DNA from: Lama glama
Lineage: Eukaryota
Direction: 5' to 3'
NCBI GenBank assembly: GCA_028534125.1
Contig: CM052817.1
Location: forward strand, 36,458,001-36,522,000
Length of the DNA: 64,000 nucleotides
The position numbers and the translations under genes are program-made. Below are positions 1-14,135 of this stretch, piece after piece; the stretch's first letter is position 1, and each line of letters starts with the position of its first letter. The notes under the pieces were generated by a model. The model saw only the letters and a list, made by a program, of their open reading frames with translations. It made no database searches and was not told the origin of the DNA.

Positions 1-112
1 AATGTAGTTTTTAGCTGAGCACCTTCCTAACTCCAAATAAAACTTGCATTCTATTACCAAGGAAGCAGTGTGGAGGGGGGATTATTAAGTGGCAATGAGC
101 AGTCTCTCCACA
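1..112. mobile_element. End of an MLT1-type (MaLR) LTR, cut by the window edge
   Basis: Ends ...ctattaccaaggaag...gcagtctctccaca; resembles the end of the LTR at 34440-34869. Confidence 0.5.
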
Positions 113-157
113 ACCAGCAAAGAATTTATGATGTCTGGTCCCAACATACATGGCAAG

Positions 158-1690
158 CAGGGCAGCTTCGTGGGTGTGTGACCAGTGTAGTCGGTTGCAC
201 AGTGTCCTGTTCTCAGAAGGCCCTACGTCTCGTTTAATGTTCTGTCTTAAAATTCTTAACTTTATCTTGTGTTTTGTAAGTGAAGTCTGATGTTAACACT
301 GCAGTATGGGTGTGAACAGAGGAGATACATGCCATATGTCTATTTCTTGCCAACCTGTTCAAGGTGCCCCATGAGTACAAAATCCCATTGGATCCATGAT
401 GTGTGGGACTTCAATGAGCCTCAAAGCTAGTATAAGGTATGCAGGTTACCTCTACAACTGAGTAAGCAGGACACTGACAGCCCCTAGAGGCCACACTTCC
501 TGTCTGAATCAGAACTTGGCTTCCAACACAGAAGGAAGGCAGTGGCATTCTAAGAAACACAAAGGAGCAAGAAACCCTACCATATCATTTCTTACTCCCG
601 TTAGTTCTGAGTGTTAGGCAACCACTTACGCTGAACATGACCATATAGAAAGAAAAAGAAAGATAGGGCAGCCCATAATTCCTTTTCCTTTCAGTGTTTC
701 CTTGTAATTACACCAAAATTAGAATGTTGGTAGAACATGCAGGAATCAAGAAGCGGAATAAAACAGTTGAGTTAATTCTGGCAGTGTTTCCACTGTTCTG
801 ATAAGGATGAAATACACATGCATATAAGAGCTACAAAATAGAAATTGCGTAATTTAGATGATTTCTGCACACAAATTAAATGCTTCTATTTGTATTTAAT
901 ACTGGTATTGCACAATGTAAAGATGAATGGTAAAATTCATGCTAGTAATTTAAAATTCTATTTTTTACTTAAAACAACATTAAATAGCAAATAAAAACAC
1001 CATTACAAATTGAAAAAGAGATGGTGGAAGATGACCTTACTCACACCAAACAAACATCTAAGCAATAAATTAGAAGGCTAATTACCAGCATGTGAACATT
1101 AGAATGTTTACTATTATTCTTTACAAAACAAACAACTACAAAAAGAAAATGTCAGCAAATTTTTCCCAGCAAGCTGACATCCCAGGAGTGCCTGCACAGA
1201 ACAAGAGAGCAACCTCCCCAGTTACAGCAACCACTAGGTTTATATTTTTCCCTGGTTTTTACTATTTTGGTAATATGAATTGAAAGAAGAAATATTAATA
1301 CCATATGGGGAGACCCCTCCTCAGCCAAAGAAATCTAAACTATATAGTAAACGCTTTTTTTTTTTTTGCTCTTTTGTTCATTTTGGATGCTGGTGGTGAA
1401 CTTCTGAGTGTCATGATTTTTTTAAAAAATGTATGCCTTTCTTATTTATTTTCAGGATGAAGGGAGAATAATACTTTACTTACTTATGTGATTCTCTCTG
1501 AAAATGTGCAGTATGAAGTTCCTCAAAAATTTTTTTTTCCCTTGAAAAGAAAAGATGGGGGGAGGGAATGTGGAAGAAAAGAAAAGCTTTATATTTTAGT
1601 ACCTTTAACTACTCTTTTTTATACTTTTCAAACAAGTGGCTCTGAATTTTCATTTTGTACTGGGCCCACCAAATTATGATGCTGGCACTG
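158..1690 (+). mobile_element. Full-length non-autonomous hAT (Tip100) DNA transposon, MER45R-like
   Basis: Termini CAGGGCAGCTTCGTGGG... and ...ggcccaccaaattatgatgctggcactg match recalled MER45 ends; 8-bp target-site duplication ATGGCAAG (150-157) / ATGGCAGG (1691-1698). Confidence 0.8.
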
Positions 1691-2114
1691 ATGGCAGGCT
1701 TTAATAACTCAGACTATGCAAAAACATTTACTTTCTAGAACTTATCTAAACTTATTCTCTAGCCTCTGTGCTAGTGAGTGAGCAGAGATCTTAAGTTTAT
1801 CATTTAACCATCTCCATCTCTCCTTTCAACTGTTGCTTTTCTGGTGAATACTCCATTTCTCAGATATTTTCTTCCTTGCCACTCTCCATAGCCCTGTGCC
1901 AATATGGGAACTACAATGAAAAGCTGGAGGAGAAGGACAAAGCAAGGTATTCAAGTCAAAATAGAAGGCTGTTCCCATTATAGAGTTCACCAGGAGAGTT
2001 CATCACTGTGTCATGAAGTTTTATAAGAATTTTTTTCATTCTTGTGTTCTTAACCATCACTAGTTTATAATAGGAAGGAAAAGTCAAATCAGAATATAGA
2101 AATTCAGTAAAATA

Positions 2115-3926
2115 TGGTGTCAAGAACAGTAATCATGAGGGGAGGAGAGTAAAAATGCAAGGTTGTGAAAATGAGTTAGACATTAAGAGATCAGCAACTT
2201 AAAATAATCACATATAAATATAGACTGCTATATATAAACCTCAGGGTAACCACAAAACAAAAACCTATAATAGATACACACACAGACACACACAAAGAGA
2301 GGAATCCAAACATAACACTTAAGATAGATATCAAATCACAAGGTAAGAGAACAAAAGAAGAAGATAGGAACAAAAAAGAACTACAAAAATAATTAACAAA
2401 ATTTCAGTAAGTACATACATATCAATTACCTTAAGTGTAAATGGACTAAACACTCCAGTCAAAAGACACAGAGTAGCTGAATGGATACAAAAACAAGACC
2501 CGCATATATGCTGCCTACAAGAGACTCACTTCAGATCTAAAGACTCACAGGGACTGAAAGTGAAGAAAAATGTATTCCATGCAAATGGAAATCAAAAGAA
2601 AGTCAGGGTAGCAATATTTATATCAGACAAGAAAGACTTTAAAACAAAGGGTGTTATAAGAGACAAATAAGAACATTACACAACGATCAAGGGAACAATC
2701 CAAGAAGAAATATAACAATTATAAATACACAAGCACCTAACATAGGAGCACCTAAATTCATAAAGCAAATGTTAACAGACATAAAGGGAGAAATTGACTA
2801 TAACATAATAACAGTAGAGAATTTTAATACCCCACTTTCATCAATGGACAGACCATCCAGACAGAAAATCAATAAGGAAACACTAGCCTTACATGATACA
2901 TTAGACCAAATGGACTTCATTGACATACAAGGCATTCCATCCAAAAACAGAATACATATTCTTTTCAAGTACACAGGGAATGTTTTCCAGGATAGATCAC
3001 ATGCTAGGCAACAAAACAAGCCTCAGTAAATTTAAGGAAACTGAAATAATATCAAGCATCTTTTCTGACCACAAGGATATGAGACTAGAAATCACCTACA
3101 AGAAAAAAACTGGAAAGAACACAAACATGTGGAGGCTAAGCAATAAGCTATGAAACAACCAATGGGTCACTGACAAAATCAAAGAAGAAATCAAAATGCC
3201 TGGAGACAAATGGAAAGGATACATGTTTATTCCCTGGGATGCAGCAAATGCAGTCCTAAGAGGGAAGTTTGTAGTGACATAGGTGTACCTCAGGAAACAA
3301 GAAAAATCTCAAATAACAACCTAACCTTACACCTAAAGACTAGAAAAAGAACACACAAAACCCAAAGACAGTAGAAGGAAAGAAAACATAAAGATCATAA
3401 ATGAAATGGAGATTTTTAAAAAATAGGAAAGACCAATGAAACTAAGAACTAGTTCTTTGAAAAGATAAACAAAATTGATAAACATTTAGCTAGAATCATT
3501 AAGAAAAAAAGAGAGAGGACCCAAATCAATAAAATCAGAAATGAAAAAGAGGAGTTAGAACTAACATCATAGAAATACAAAGGATCATAATAAATTATTA
3601 TGACCAATTATATGCCAATAAAATGGATAACCTGGAAGAAATGGACAAATTGCTAGAAATGTACAGTCTTTAAAGACTGAACCAGGAAGAAATAGAAAAC
3701 ATAAAAAGACCAATTACCAGCAATGCAACTGGTCCATAATTTAAAATACTCCCAACAAACAAAAGTCCAGGACCAGATGGCTTCATGGTGAATTCTACCA
3801 AACATTTATAGAAGTGTTAACAAACTTTTTCAAACTATTCCAAAAATTGCAGAAGAAGGAATACTTCCAAACTCATTTTATGAGGCCAGCATCACCCTGA
3901 TACTAAAACCAGACAAAGATCCCACC

Positions 3927-3959
<33 letters not shown>

Positions 3960-6900
3960 TTACAGGCCAATAACACTGATGAACATAGAAGCTAAAGTCC
4001 TTAACAAAAACAATCTATTAAAAGGATTATACACCTTGATCAAGTGGAATTTAACCTATTTAAGGATGGTGCAGTATCTGCAAATTAATCAATGTGATAT
4101 AACACATTAACACATTGAAAAATAAAAATCATATCATCATCCCAATAGATGCAGAAAAACCTTTTGACAAAATTCAACATCCATATGTGATAAAAAATTT
4201 CCAACAAAGTGGGTATAGAGGGAACACACCTCATTATAATAAAGGCCATACATGACAAGCCCACAGTGAACAACATATTTAATAGTGAAAAGCTGAAAGC
4301 ATTTCTTCTAAGATCAGGAACAAGACAAGGATGCCCACTCTGGCCACTTTTATTCAACATAGCTTTGGAAGTCCAAGCCACAGCAATAAAAAAAAGAAAA
4401 AGAAATAAAAGGCATCCACAATGAAAAGGAAGAAAAAAACTATCACTGTTTGTAGATGGCATGATTCTATAAATAGAAAATCCTAACAACACCACCAAAA
4501 AACTACTAGAGTTCATCGAGCAATCTGTTGCAGGATGCAAAATTAATATACAGAAATTTGTTGCACTTCTATACACTAATAATGAACTATCAGAAAGAGA
4601 AATTAAGAAAACAGTCCCATTTACCATTACATCAAAAAGAATAAAATATCTAAGAATAAATCTAACTAAGGTGGTAAAAGACCTCTACTTGGAAAACTAT
4701 AAGATACTGATGAAAGAAACTGAAGACAACACAAACAGATGAAAAGATACACTGTGTTCATGAACTGGAAGAGTTAATATTGCTAAAATGACCATACTAC
4801 CAAAAGCAATCTACAGATTCAGTGCAATCCCTATCAAAATGTTAATGGCATTTTTCACAAACTAGAACAAATAATTTTAAAATTTGTATGGAAACACAGA
4901 CCCTGAATAGGCAAAACAATTGTGAGAAAGAACAGAGCTGAGGGAATCACACTCCCTGACTTCAGACTATACTATAAAGCTATAGTAATCCAAACAGTGT
5001 GACATTGGCACAAAAACAGACACATAGATCAATAGAGCTGGATAGAGAGCCCAGAAATAAACCCACACATTTATAGTCAATTAATCTATGACAAAGGAGG
5101 CAAGAATGTATGCTGGAGGAAAGACAGTCTCTTCAATAAATGGTGCTGGGGAAACTGGACAGCTACTTGTGAAAGAATGAAATTAGAACATTCTCTAACA
5201 CCATATGCAAAAATAGATTCAAAGTTGATTAAAGATCTAGATGTGAGACTGCATAGTGTAAAACTCTTAGAGAAAAACATAGGCAGAATATTCTTTGACA
5301 TAAATTGGAGCAATATTTTTTTGAATCCATCCCCTAAGGCAAAGGAAACAAAAGCAAAAATAAGCAAGTGGGACCTAATTAAACCCTAAAGCTTGCACAT
5401 CTACAAAACAAAAAGACAACCTAGTGAATGGGAGAAGATATTTGCAAATAATATATCTGATACAGGGTTAATATCCAAAATATATACATGCAACTCAACA
5501 TAACCAAACAACCCAATTAAAAAATGGGCAGAGGATCTGAATAGACATTTCCCAAGGAAGACATACAGATGACTTATAGGCACATGAAAAGATGCTCAAT
5601 GTCACTAATTATCAGGAAAATGCAAGCTAAAACCACAATGAGATATCACCTCACGCCTATCAGAATGCTTATTATCCAAAAGACAACAAATAGCAAGTGC
5701 TGGTAAGGATGTGGAAAGAAGGGAACCCTTGTGCGCTGTTGGCAGGAATGTAAATTGGCACAGCCACTATGGAAAACAGTATGGTGGTATTGCAAAGAAT
5801 GAAAACTAGAACTACCAAGTGATCCAACCATCCCACTCCTGGGTATTTTTCTGAAGAAAACAAAATTACTAATTTAAAAAGATATATGCACTTCTCTGTT
5901 CACTGCAGCATGATTTACAATTGCCAACATGTGGAGGCAACCAGAGTACTCATCAATAGATGAATGGATAAAGAAGATGTGGTATATTGGAATACAATGG
6001 AATATTTACTCAACCATAAAAAAAGAATGAAATCTTGCCATTTATGACAATACAGATGGACCTAGAGGGTATTACACTACATGAAATAAATCAGAGAGAT
6101 AAAGAAAAATACTGTATGGTTTCACTTACATGTGAAATCTAAAAAAACAAAACAAATGGACAAACATCAAACAGAAATAGAGTTATAGATACAGAGAACA
6201 AACAATGGTTACCAGAGGTGAAGGATGAGGAGGAAAGAAATCGATGACAGAGATGAAGAGGTACAAACTTTCAGTTGCAAAATAAACGAGTCACTGGTAT
6301 GAAATGTGCAGTGTGGGGACTATAGTCAAAAACTATGTAATAGCTTTATATGGTGACATATTCTAACTAGTCTTCTTGTGGTGATTAGTTTGAAATGTAT
6401 AGAAACATTGAGTCACTATGTTGTTTAACAGGAACTAACAGTGGTGTAGGTCAGTTGTACTTCAAAAACAAACAAATAGACAAACTCATGAAAAAAAAGA
6501 GGTCAGATTGGTAGTTATCAGAGGCAGTGAGTGGGCAAGGGAGAATTGGATGAAGGCAGTCAAAGGGTACAAACTTCCAGTTATAAGATAAATAAGTACT
6601 AGACATGTACTTATTTACAACATGTACAATGTGTTAAATGTAATTAACAGTGCAGTATGTTATACTTGAAAATTCTTAACGGAATAAATCCTAAGAGCTC
6701 TCAGCACAAGAAAAAAAATTTAGGGGAGGCCAAAATTAAATTTCCAAATTTCATATATAATCTAAAATTAAATTTCTTTAATTTTTTATCTATACGAGAT
6801 GATGGATGCTCACTAACCTTAACTTATTCTGCTAATCACCTCATGATGTATATAAGTCAAATCATTATGCAATATATGTTCAATTTATGCAGTGCTATAT

Positions 6901-6960
6901 GTCAACTATATCTCCATAAAACTGGAAAAAAATAAATAAGTAAATCAAAAATATATGTAT
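2115..6960 (+). mobile_element. 5'-truncated, decayed LINE-1: inter-ORF region, disrupted ORF2 and 3' UTR
   Basis: Endonuclease fragments (FNTPLSSMDR, FSRIDHMLG); RT fragments (SGTRQGCPL, degenerate FADD read as FVDG near 4450); A-rich strand bias; many stops and frameshifts. Confidence 0.95.
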
Positions 6961-7484
6961 ATATATAAACCCACTGCTGCCCATCTTGTGATCAGAGTTC
7001 AGTTTACTTTAAATTTTTAGGTTTGTAGAAAAAAAAAAAGAAAAAAGAAGTAGATTTGTGCCTCCCTAGGTTGTTACATTAGAAGCTGAGAATTATTTCT
7101 TCTAAGACTCACACGTTCGAAGCAGGGGCCTCATTATTACTTACCCATCACTTTCTTCTCTTTTAGGTGTCATGTTACTAACTAAAATATTCTTGTGGTG
7201 GGTGAGCTGACAATACAATAGTGTAACTTTGCTTTTTCCTAACACTTCCATAATGAACATGTTGACACTTTTTCTCATTTTCTCATCTCCCACGTAGAAT
7301 CTTAAAATATTTCCTTCCAAATTTCACACTCTATCAAAAAGAAATTGTTTCCTGGAGAATGAGGGGGGAAAAAAAAAACCCATTCTCTATTTAAGGAAGT
7401 ATTCCTATAAATAGTTGACAGAGTAGTTCAAAATCCTTTCCCTAAAAGGGGAAAGTGACTCCCTACACTTTTTGTGTTCACTTT

Positions 7485-7860
7485 CCATTCATTCACTTGA
7501 TTTTCATTTACTGAGTACCACACTTATACAAGGCACCACTTGAGAAACTGCATGGAATTTCTGCCTCCAGATGATTAAACCTCACAGATCAGATGAGATA
7601 CATACACTAGTAGTTACAGTAAAGGCTACCTGTGAAAAGTCTCAAGGTTGGGAGGACACAAAGTGTTACAGGCACTCAGAGAAAGAATCATTTTGGCCAA
7701 GGGGATCAGGGTGAGTTTCACGGAGGATGTTGCCACTGCAAAGTACCATAAAGAATGTGGGGAATTTCAGCTTACAGAAAGGGATGCAAAGGAATCTGAG
7801 ATGGAGAATTGGCATGAGCAAAGAAGCACAGGTAATGTGAGATACACAGCGTGGTTTCGT
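7485..7860 (-). mobile_element. L2 fragment
   Basis: ccattcattcac...catttactgagtacc = reverse L2 3' end. Confidence 0.55.
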
Positions 7861-8559
7861 AAATAATATTCATGTTTTAAAGACAAAATGCCAAAGATCT
7901 TTAAACCTTTCTGTCAGAGGAGGTTGACTAGGCCAATCTGCTTGGGGCCTGGAATGGATATGGAAGCACAGATAACCAGATGGAAAGATAGGAGGCCATG
8001 GTAGGTTTAGGAGGCCAGGCCCCTCAAAATGAATTCTATTAAGCAATGGGGAACCATTGAAAAGAATGGAACACAGGAGCACCAGAATTTCAGTCAAATG
8101 TGGGACCTGATTATTTTATATATACATCTAAAGAAGCTTCTCCCATGCCAGTGTAGCTCAACAAGAATTTGCAGAACATCTACCACAAATATTGGGTCCT
8201 AGGTTACATGCTTTGGAGCTCATACATTTAAATGTTTACCCTTCTGATTTTCCACCTTAACGTAATTTGGTAAATCATAGTACAAATTACAATTTAGGTA
8301 CAGACTTAAAATAGCCATTCAATTTTAAAGAGGTCTGTAGAGGTGAGGGGGATAGAAGTGGAAGGGATTTAAAGAGGAAGAAAACAGAACACCTTTGGAG
8401 TGAGTGTCATGTGTAGACTCTGCCATGAGCTTTACACGTTCTCTCACAAATGCAGCGTGAATATTAGAGAGTTTGGTAGGAGCGAGGGTGAAAGGCTGCG
8501 ATACAGAGATGAGGCAAGTACAGAAAGACAGGTGATGCCTCAGTCTAACCAGTGAGGTT

Positions 8560-8750
8560 AAACTTCTATAAATTCCTTCACAGTTACCTCCTGAGTGTTT
8601 CATTTTATTCCCACCACTTGGACTCATATGAGTTACTGAACTTTTCTGAACCTCCGCCTCCTCATCTGAAAATCAGGAAGAACATTCCTGCCTTATGCAG
8701 AATCCCTAGCAGACCACTTACAACTTAAGTAGGTGTTTAATAAATGACTG
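8560..8750 (+). mobile_element. MIR SINE fragment
   Basis: ttctgaacctc...ctcatctgaaaa core; taggtgtttaataaatg tail. Confidence 0.6.
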
Positions 8751-9534
8751 TACGTTTCTCCTCTTCTATTAACTGAAAGCAGTCAAACAGGTCTCCATTT
8801 ACCCAGAGGGTTTCATTCAGTAAATTGGTGAATTAGGAAAAAGTAGGAGGTAGGATGGAAGTACACTCAAAGGCACTTGGATAATAATCTTAGAAATCGC
8901 ATGACCCCCAAATGCTGCAAGTCACAAGGCAAAAGAGGCAAGAGAGCATAGATCATTATCGTTGCATCAAAACGATTACCCTCCCCCTCAGATTCAGAGG
9001 GCACGTCCTAAGAATGTCAGCAATCCCATTTGACTATTTGAAGGTTGATTTTAAGAGGAGATAAGTTCCTGAGTACCAAGCCTCCACCATATTCTCAGCT
9101 CCGGACTAGGCACTCCGAAGGATTTACAGAGAATGAGGAATTTCATCTGGAACACAATACGCACACATACGACAACTGTGGACAGAGTTCAGAGGAAGAG
9201 AGGATGCCACTCCTGGTTGCTGGAGTCAGAAAAGAAATGTGACCTTGCAGGGATGCTGGAGAGAGAAGAGAGGGCTGATCTGAGACAGAAAAAGCAACAA
9301 AGTCAAAAGCCAGTAGCAAACAATGAACCCAGTGTGTTTAGAGAACAGTGAGTCTGGTCCCACACAGAGTGTGTATTGGAGGAGGAGAGGAAGATTCAAT
9401 AGAAAACATGGGCCAAACAGAGAGGCCCTGAACGTTTGTCTGGGATGTAGTAACCTGGAGGCGTCTTAGCAACCACAAGGGGTGAGAGAACAGTACTTCT
9501 GAAAGACTGTCCTCAGGCCATCGACCCTTCTGAT

Positions 9535-9825
9535 CAAGGCTTCCCAACCTGGTCTGCCCTGTTTTTGTATAGCCTGTGAGCTGAGAGAATCATTGTACAT
9601 TTTCAAATGAATGGGGGAAAGAAAAATCTAAGGAAGAATAATATTTCATGACACATGGAAATTGTAGGAAATTCATACTTCAGTGTCTATTAATAAAGTT
9701 TTGCTGCAACATCGTCAGTCTCACTTGTTTGCTGTCTATGGCTGCTTTTGTATCCCAGGGACAGAGTGCGACAGAGGCTACTGCCTGAAAAGGCTGCAGT
9801 CTTTACTGTCCGGCCATTGCAGACC
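9535..9825. mobile_element. MER58B-like hAT-Charlie MITE
   Basis: gcctgtgagctgaga...aataaagttttg...tgtctatggctgctttt...tttactgtccggcc pattern. Confidence 0.65.
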
Positions 9826-9857
9826 GATGGCTGGGAGACTGGGAGGAGAGAAAGCAT

Positions 9858-10168
9858 CAGGGTGGGGATTAGGATGAGGTAAGTGGGGCACTCGCCTTGG
9901 GCTCAACATTTAAGGGGAAGGGGTGCCCAAAACACTCAGCCAATCAAATAATATTTTAATGCAGTATCTTTAGAAATCAAAATTAATGCCCCAAACCCAT
10001 GATGCATGAAATAGCAAAATTTACGTAAAGATAGGGTCAGTAACAGTGGTGCTCGGTACCACATCAGAGACTGAGGCAAAAGGAAAATCAGTAACTACTA
10101 AGAGTTTGGGCGCCTCCTAAATTTCACAGGGGAGGCACAAGCTTCTCTCAACCTTAATCTTGGCCCTG
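9858..10168. mobile_element. MER96B-like hAT MITE
   Basis: Long imperfect terminal inverted repeats cagggtggggattaggatgagg... / ...ctcaaccttaatcttggccctg. Confidence 0.7.
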
Positions 10169-10294
10169 GTGTTACAGTGATGTTCCAGAGGGGGTGGGGA
10201 TGATCAGGGGCAAAACAGGGTGGCAGAAGATATGGAGGCTTCAGAGTGGATTTCAGAGCTTCGATTTCAAATCTCCACTTTAAAGAAGAGGATT

Positions 10295-10825
10295 TTACCC
10301 ATTTCACCCAAAGTAAAAGCCAAAGCCTATGAGGCTCTACAATCTAGCCACCAGCCCCTCAACGCTCCAATCTCATTCCTAAATGCTTCCTTGCTTGTTC
10401 TCCTGGAACCACCGGGACTCCTTACAGTCCCTTCAGAACGCCAGGCACCCATCATCTCAGAACCTTTGCGCTCTCGGTCCCTCTGCCTGGAGTCCTCATC
10501 CCTGACATGCACGGGGCTTAAGTCTCACCTCCTTCAAGTCTTTCTTCGTGTGCCACCTTCTCCGAGTGGCCTCTCCTGACCACATGATTTAAGGTTAGAC
10601 TCACCCCTTCACCACCACCCCCTCTCTGCTCTATTTTTTCCATCGCATCTCTCAGCCTCTGAGTATCACAGAATATACTGATTTCCAGGGTTTATGATGT
10701 CCTCTTCTCCTGCCCAACTGCATGCTCCATGAAGGCAGGATTTCTGTCTACTTTGCTACAGAGGATGCCCAGTGCCTCGGTGAGAACCGGCACTCCATCC
10801 CTACCTGACCACTGACTGAACAGAT
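10295..10825 (+). mobile_element. L2 3' fragment
   Basis: cctttgcgc..ccctctgcctgga, cacctccttcaagtc, gctccatgaaggcagga motifs. Confidence 0.7.
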
Positions 10826-11943
10826 CCAGCAGAATGCATGGTGCACAGGGAAAGAGGATTGTTCTCTTTTCGGGTCTAGGGCTTCACTGTTACTAACAGT
10901 GAGCAAAGAAGTTTCTCTTCTCGCTCAAACAAAAATAGCAGTGTCAAAAATGTGAAAATTCTCACAGCTGCCTTCCTTGACCTGTTGGCTAGTCTTCCTG
11001 TACAGTTTTCCTTCCTCTTGAAATTCTTAACTTCCTGCAAAATCCTAGGTTAATTGCTTTCTTTGGTGAAGGGCAACTTTAATCACAATGTCCAACTCTA
11101 GAGACACTAGGAAAAATTCCTTATTTCTTTGTTGTTTGGCTGTTAAAAAAATATTTTTTTTCTTTGACATCTTGCTTGGCTCCATTATCACGCATGCCTT
11201 TCTGTTCAGGGCTGAGGTAATCCATCCGCAGTCCAGTATCCTCTTGCTGATTCTGCCAAGTATTAGTCATAAGTCAGTCAGTTTGCTCACTGACACTTTT
11301 TAACCCTCCTTCTCACATTAAGTCCCTGCTTATTTTAGCCTAGTGTGTAAAGTAGCAGCTGGTTGCCTGGCCGTCCCCTGGCAGCTAAAGACACCGTGGG
11401 CAGGGTAGACATGAAGAAGGAAGGAGTAAGCTGAGCTTGACTCTAAGGTTTCCGTCCTTAGTCTTATGGTTAAAGAAACAGAGGTCTTTTTTCCTAACTG
11501 CAGCCTGTCCGCGGAACGTGTCCTCTCATCACCCTACGTATTATTCCTATGCTGATAATGATTAAAATCTGAACATCAAAGTTATTTTCATACTGAGAGA
11601 ATGGTCAGTACATGTGCTTTTCCAGTATGGCCTTAAATTCTCAAATTTCTTAGGTATTGATTTTTTCCCACTCCAACCCTAAAATGTATGTATTTTCTAA
11701 TAGTTACCTATTCACTTAATAGTAATAAGAAAAGTAAATCAATTGCCTAGGTCAGGTGTCAGTAAACTTCTGTACACTGAAGGGCCAAGTATAGGGCCAG
11801 AGAGTAAGTATTTTAGGCTTTGCGGGCCATACAGAGGTCCTATGATGGAAGGAACTATGACACCTTTGAGAAAAAAACATCAGAGCAATTGAAAGAGCTA
11901 AGACACACTAATGAGAGCTAACTGTAGAGTAACTACTAGTAAG

Positions 11944-12000
11944 GGTTTTTTCTATCTTCTTTCTTTTTTGCTGAAGTTTAGTTGATTTACAATGTTGTGT
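11944..12000 (-). mobile_element. Ultra-short L1 3' tail insertion
   Basis: Reverse complement acacaacattgtaaatcaact...A-rich matches the L1 tails near 20850 and 34320; flanked by perfect 12-bp repeat ACTACTAGTAAG (11932-11943 / 12001-12012). Confidence 0.75.
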
Positions 12001-12014
12001 ACTACTAGTAAGAT

Positions 12015-12830
12015 TAAGTACTTTACACTGATCCTCACAACAATCCTAAGTGGAAGATGCTAGTATTATTCCCACTTCACAAATGGAAAAACTGAGGCAC
12101 AGAGAAGTAACCTATCCGAGGTTAGAGTCAGTAAGTGGTAGAGTGGAAATAAGATGAGTTTGGAGAGGTAGGATAGGACCAGAACATGCAGTAGTTCATA
12201 GGCTTTGTTAAAATTTTTGATTTTTGTAAGAGAAAAAGTAAGTTACTGAGCTGTTAATGGAGGAAAGCGCTGTTGTGTGTATGTGTGTGTGTGTGTGTTT
12301 TAACATGAACATCTTTGCCTTTCAAAACAACCGCTTGAACTGGAGCATGAGCTGAAAGGATGGGAAGAATGGATACTGAGAAACCAGTTAGAAAGGAGTG
12401 GCTATTGTCCAGGCAAAAGCAAGAGGTGATGGTAGCAAGACTAGGGAGCTGGCTCTGGAGAAGGACAGAGTGCATGTGTTTGAGATACATTTTGGAGAGA
12501 AAGTGGATGAAGAGTGATGAGGACATGAGAAGAGTGATGTGTCAAGGATTATCCCTAGGTGTCTGGCTTGTGTAACTGGGTGGATGATAGTTTCATCCTC
12601 TGATATAGAGAACACAGGAAGAGGAGCAAACCTGGGTGGAGGAAAGGTCATGAATTTGAGGAATTTTGAAACATCTCTATTCAGCGATGTCAAGTAAACG
12701 TCGTATTTGTGGGTTGGAGTTCAGAGAAGTCTGTGCCAGAGATTCACATTTAAGAGTCATCTGTGATAAGTGGTCACTGGAGACATGGAAGTGGATGAGA
12801 TCAAGTAAGGAAAGTGAGGAGTGAGGAGAT
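12015..12830 (-). mobile_element. MIR (~12015-12145) followed by an L2 fragment
   Basis: aaactgaggcacagaga MIR core; purine-rich L2 reverse-strand motifs (ggagttcagaga, gagtcatc). Confidence 0.65.
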
Positions 12831-13699
12831 TGTCCAACTGCAGAGAGGAAACCCAAGTTTCCCTTGGCCTTGATTCAGCCCTTCAAAATTTTTTCACTTA
12901 CTGATCCCCAACTCCTCTTCTATAAGACCAAAATAAGTTCAACTGGTAATCAGAAGGAGAAACACTACAAGAAAATGACATAATGGATTACCACTTGGAA
13001 CACTTTCATACTTGCTTTCTTTTACCCAGCTTGAAGCATTCCTTCTAAAAGGAAATAGTTAACCTAACAATTCTATTATGCCTTAACCCCTTTAGTATTT
13101 CAATACTCAAAAAGAATTTTTTTAATAAAATGGAAACCCAGATTTTAAAAAAGCCAGAAAGTAACCTGCCAAATGATGCTCTCAAAACTTGGGGAAATTA
13201 CTTCAGTATCTACAGGAGCTTGTGTTATACATATGGAATAACTTGAGCACTCAGAGAGGTTGACTCTTTTTTACTTTAAACTTGTAACTACCAGAGCTAT
13301 TATTTCATCCATAGCCTGCTGGGCATTGAACACCAAGGAAAAATACACATCTAACCCTTACGTCATCTATTCATGCTATTACTGAAAGGGGTCTAGCACA
13401 GATACTTCTCTAACATGAGAATTTTCAGGAGATAAAAATCTGAACTTAAAAAAAAACAAAATAAACTCTTTAGTTCATAAGCCGCTGAGGTTGAATGTTT
13501 CCATCTAAGTTCATCAGTGACATTTCTTTCTCATTCTTATGGAGAGTTTCAAAGTCACTGAACACTGCAGTGATGAGAGAGGTGAGTCGGGGGAGCCATG
13601 CCAGTATTTCTGGACTGTTCAACCATCAGTATCCACAGAGCAAACGGTGAGAACTGCGGTGTTGTGAAAATCTGGTTACATCTCTGAAGAGTGTACGCA

Positions 13700-14135
13700 G
13701 AGTGAGTCAGCCACATCCCAGCAGGAAACAGGAAACAGATGGCTTGCTCAAATGAGGGCAGTCCAAATAGGTCGATTAAAGAGACTCCATAAAAGTGTGG
13801 AAAAGATAGAAGAAAGGGTCAAGGGTAGCAGTGTCCTGGGGCCTGAAGGGATGTGTGAGAGAACGGTTAACAAAACCCAGAAAGAGGAACTCAGAAAAGT
13901 TTTGCGGAGAAGGTCACCCTGAGAGGAGCTGGAGTCTCTGACAGAGACACAGCCAGCTTTAAGCGATCCAGCAGGGAGGCAACTAGAAGCGTAAATATCC
14001 TCACCTTGTGCTCTTCCTCCTTGCTGGGGGCCCCTTCAACCAAGAGCTGAATCAGACCATTCAGGTCAGCCTCTTGGGTCAGAGAGCAGGGAGGGGAAGG
14101 GTGGAGAGGAACAGAAGACAGCAGCATTAAGAGAA
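13700..14135. mobile_element. Old ERVL-class LTR fragment
   Basis: cccagcaggaaacag..atggc..ctcaaa start resembles recalled ERVL LTR consensus; family uncertain. Confidence 0.4.

Noticed and set aside
4085..4627. 180-aa hydrophobic ORF on the minus strand
   Set aside because: Antisense of decayed L1 ORF2, a common artefact.
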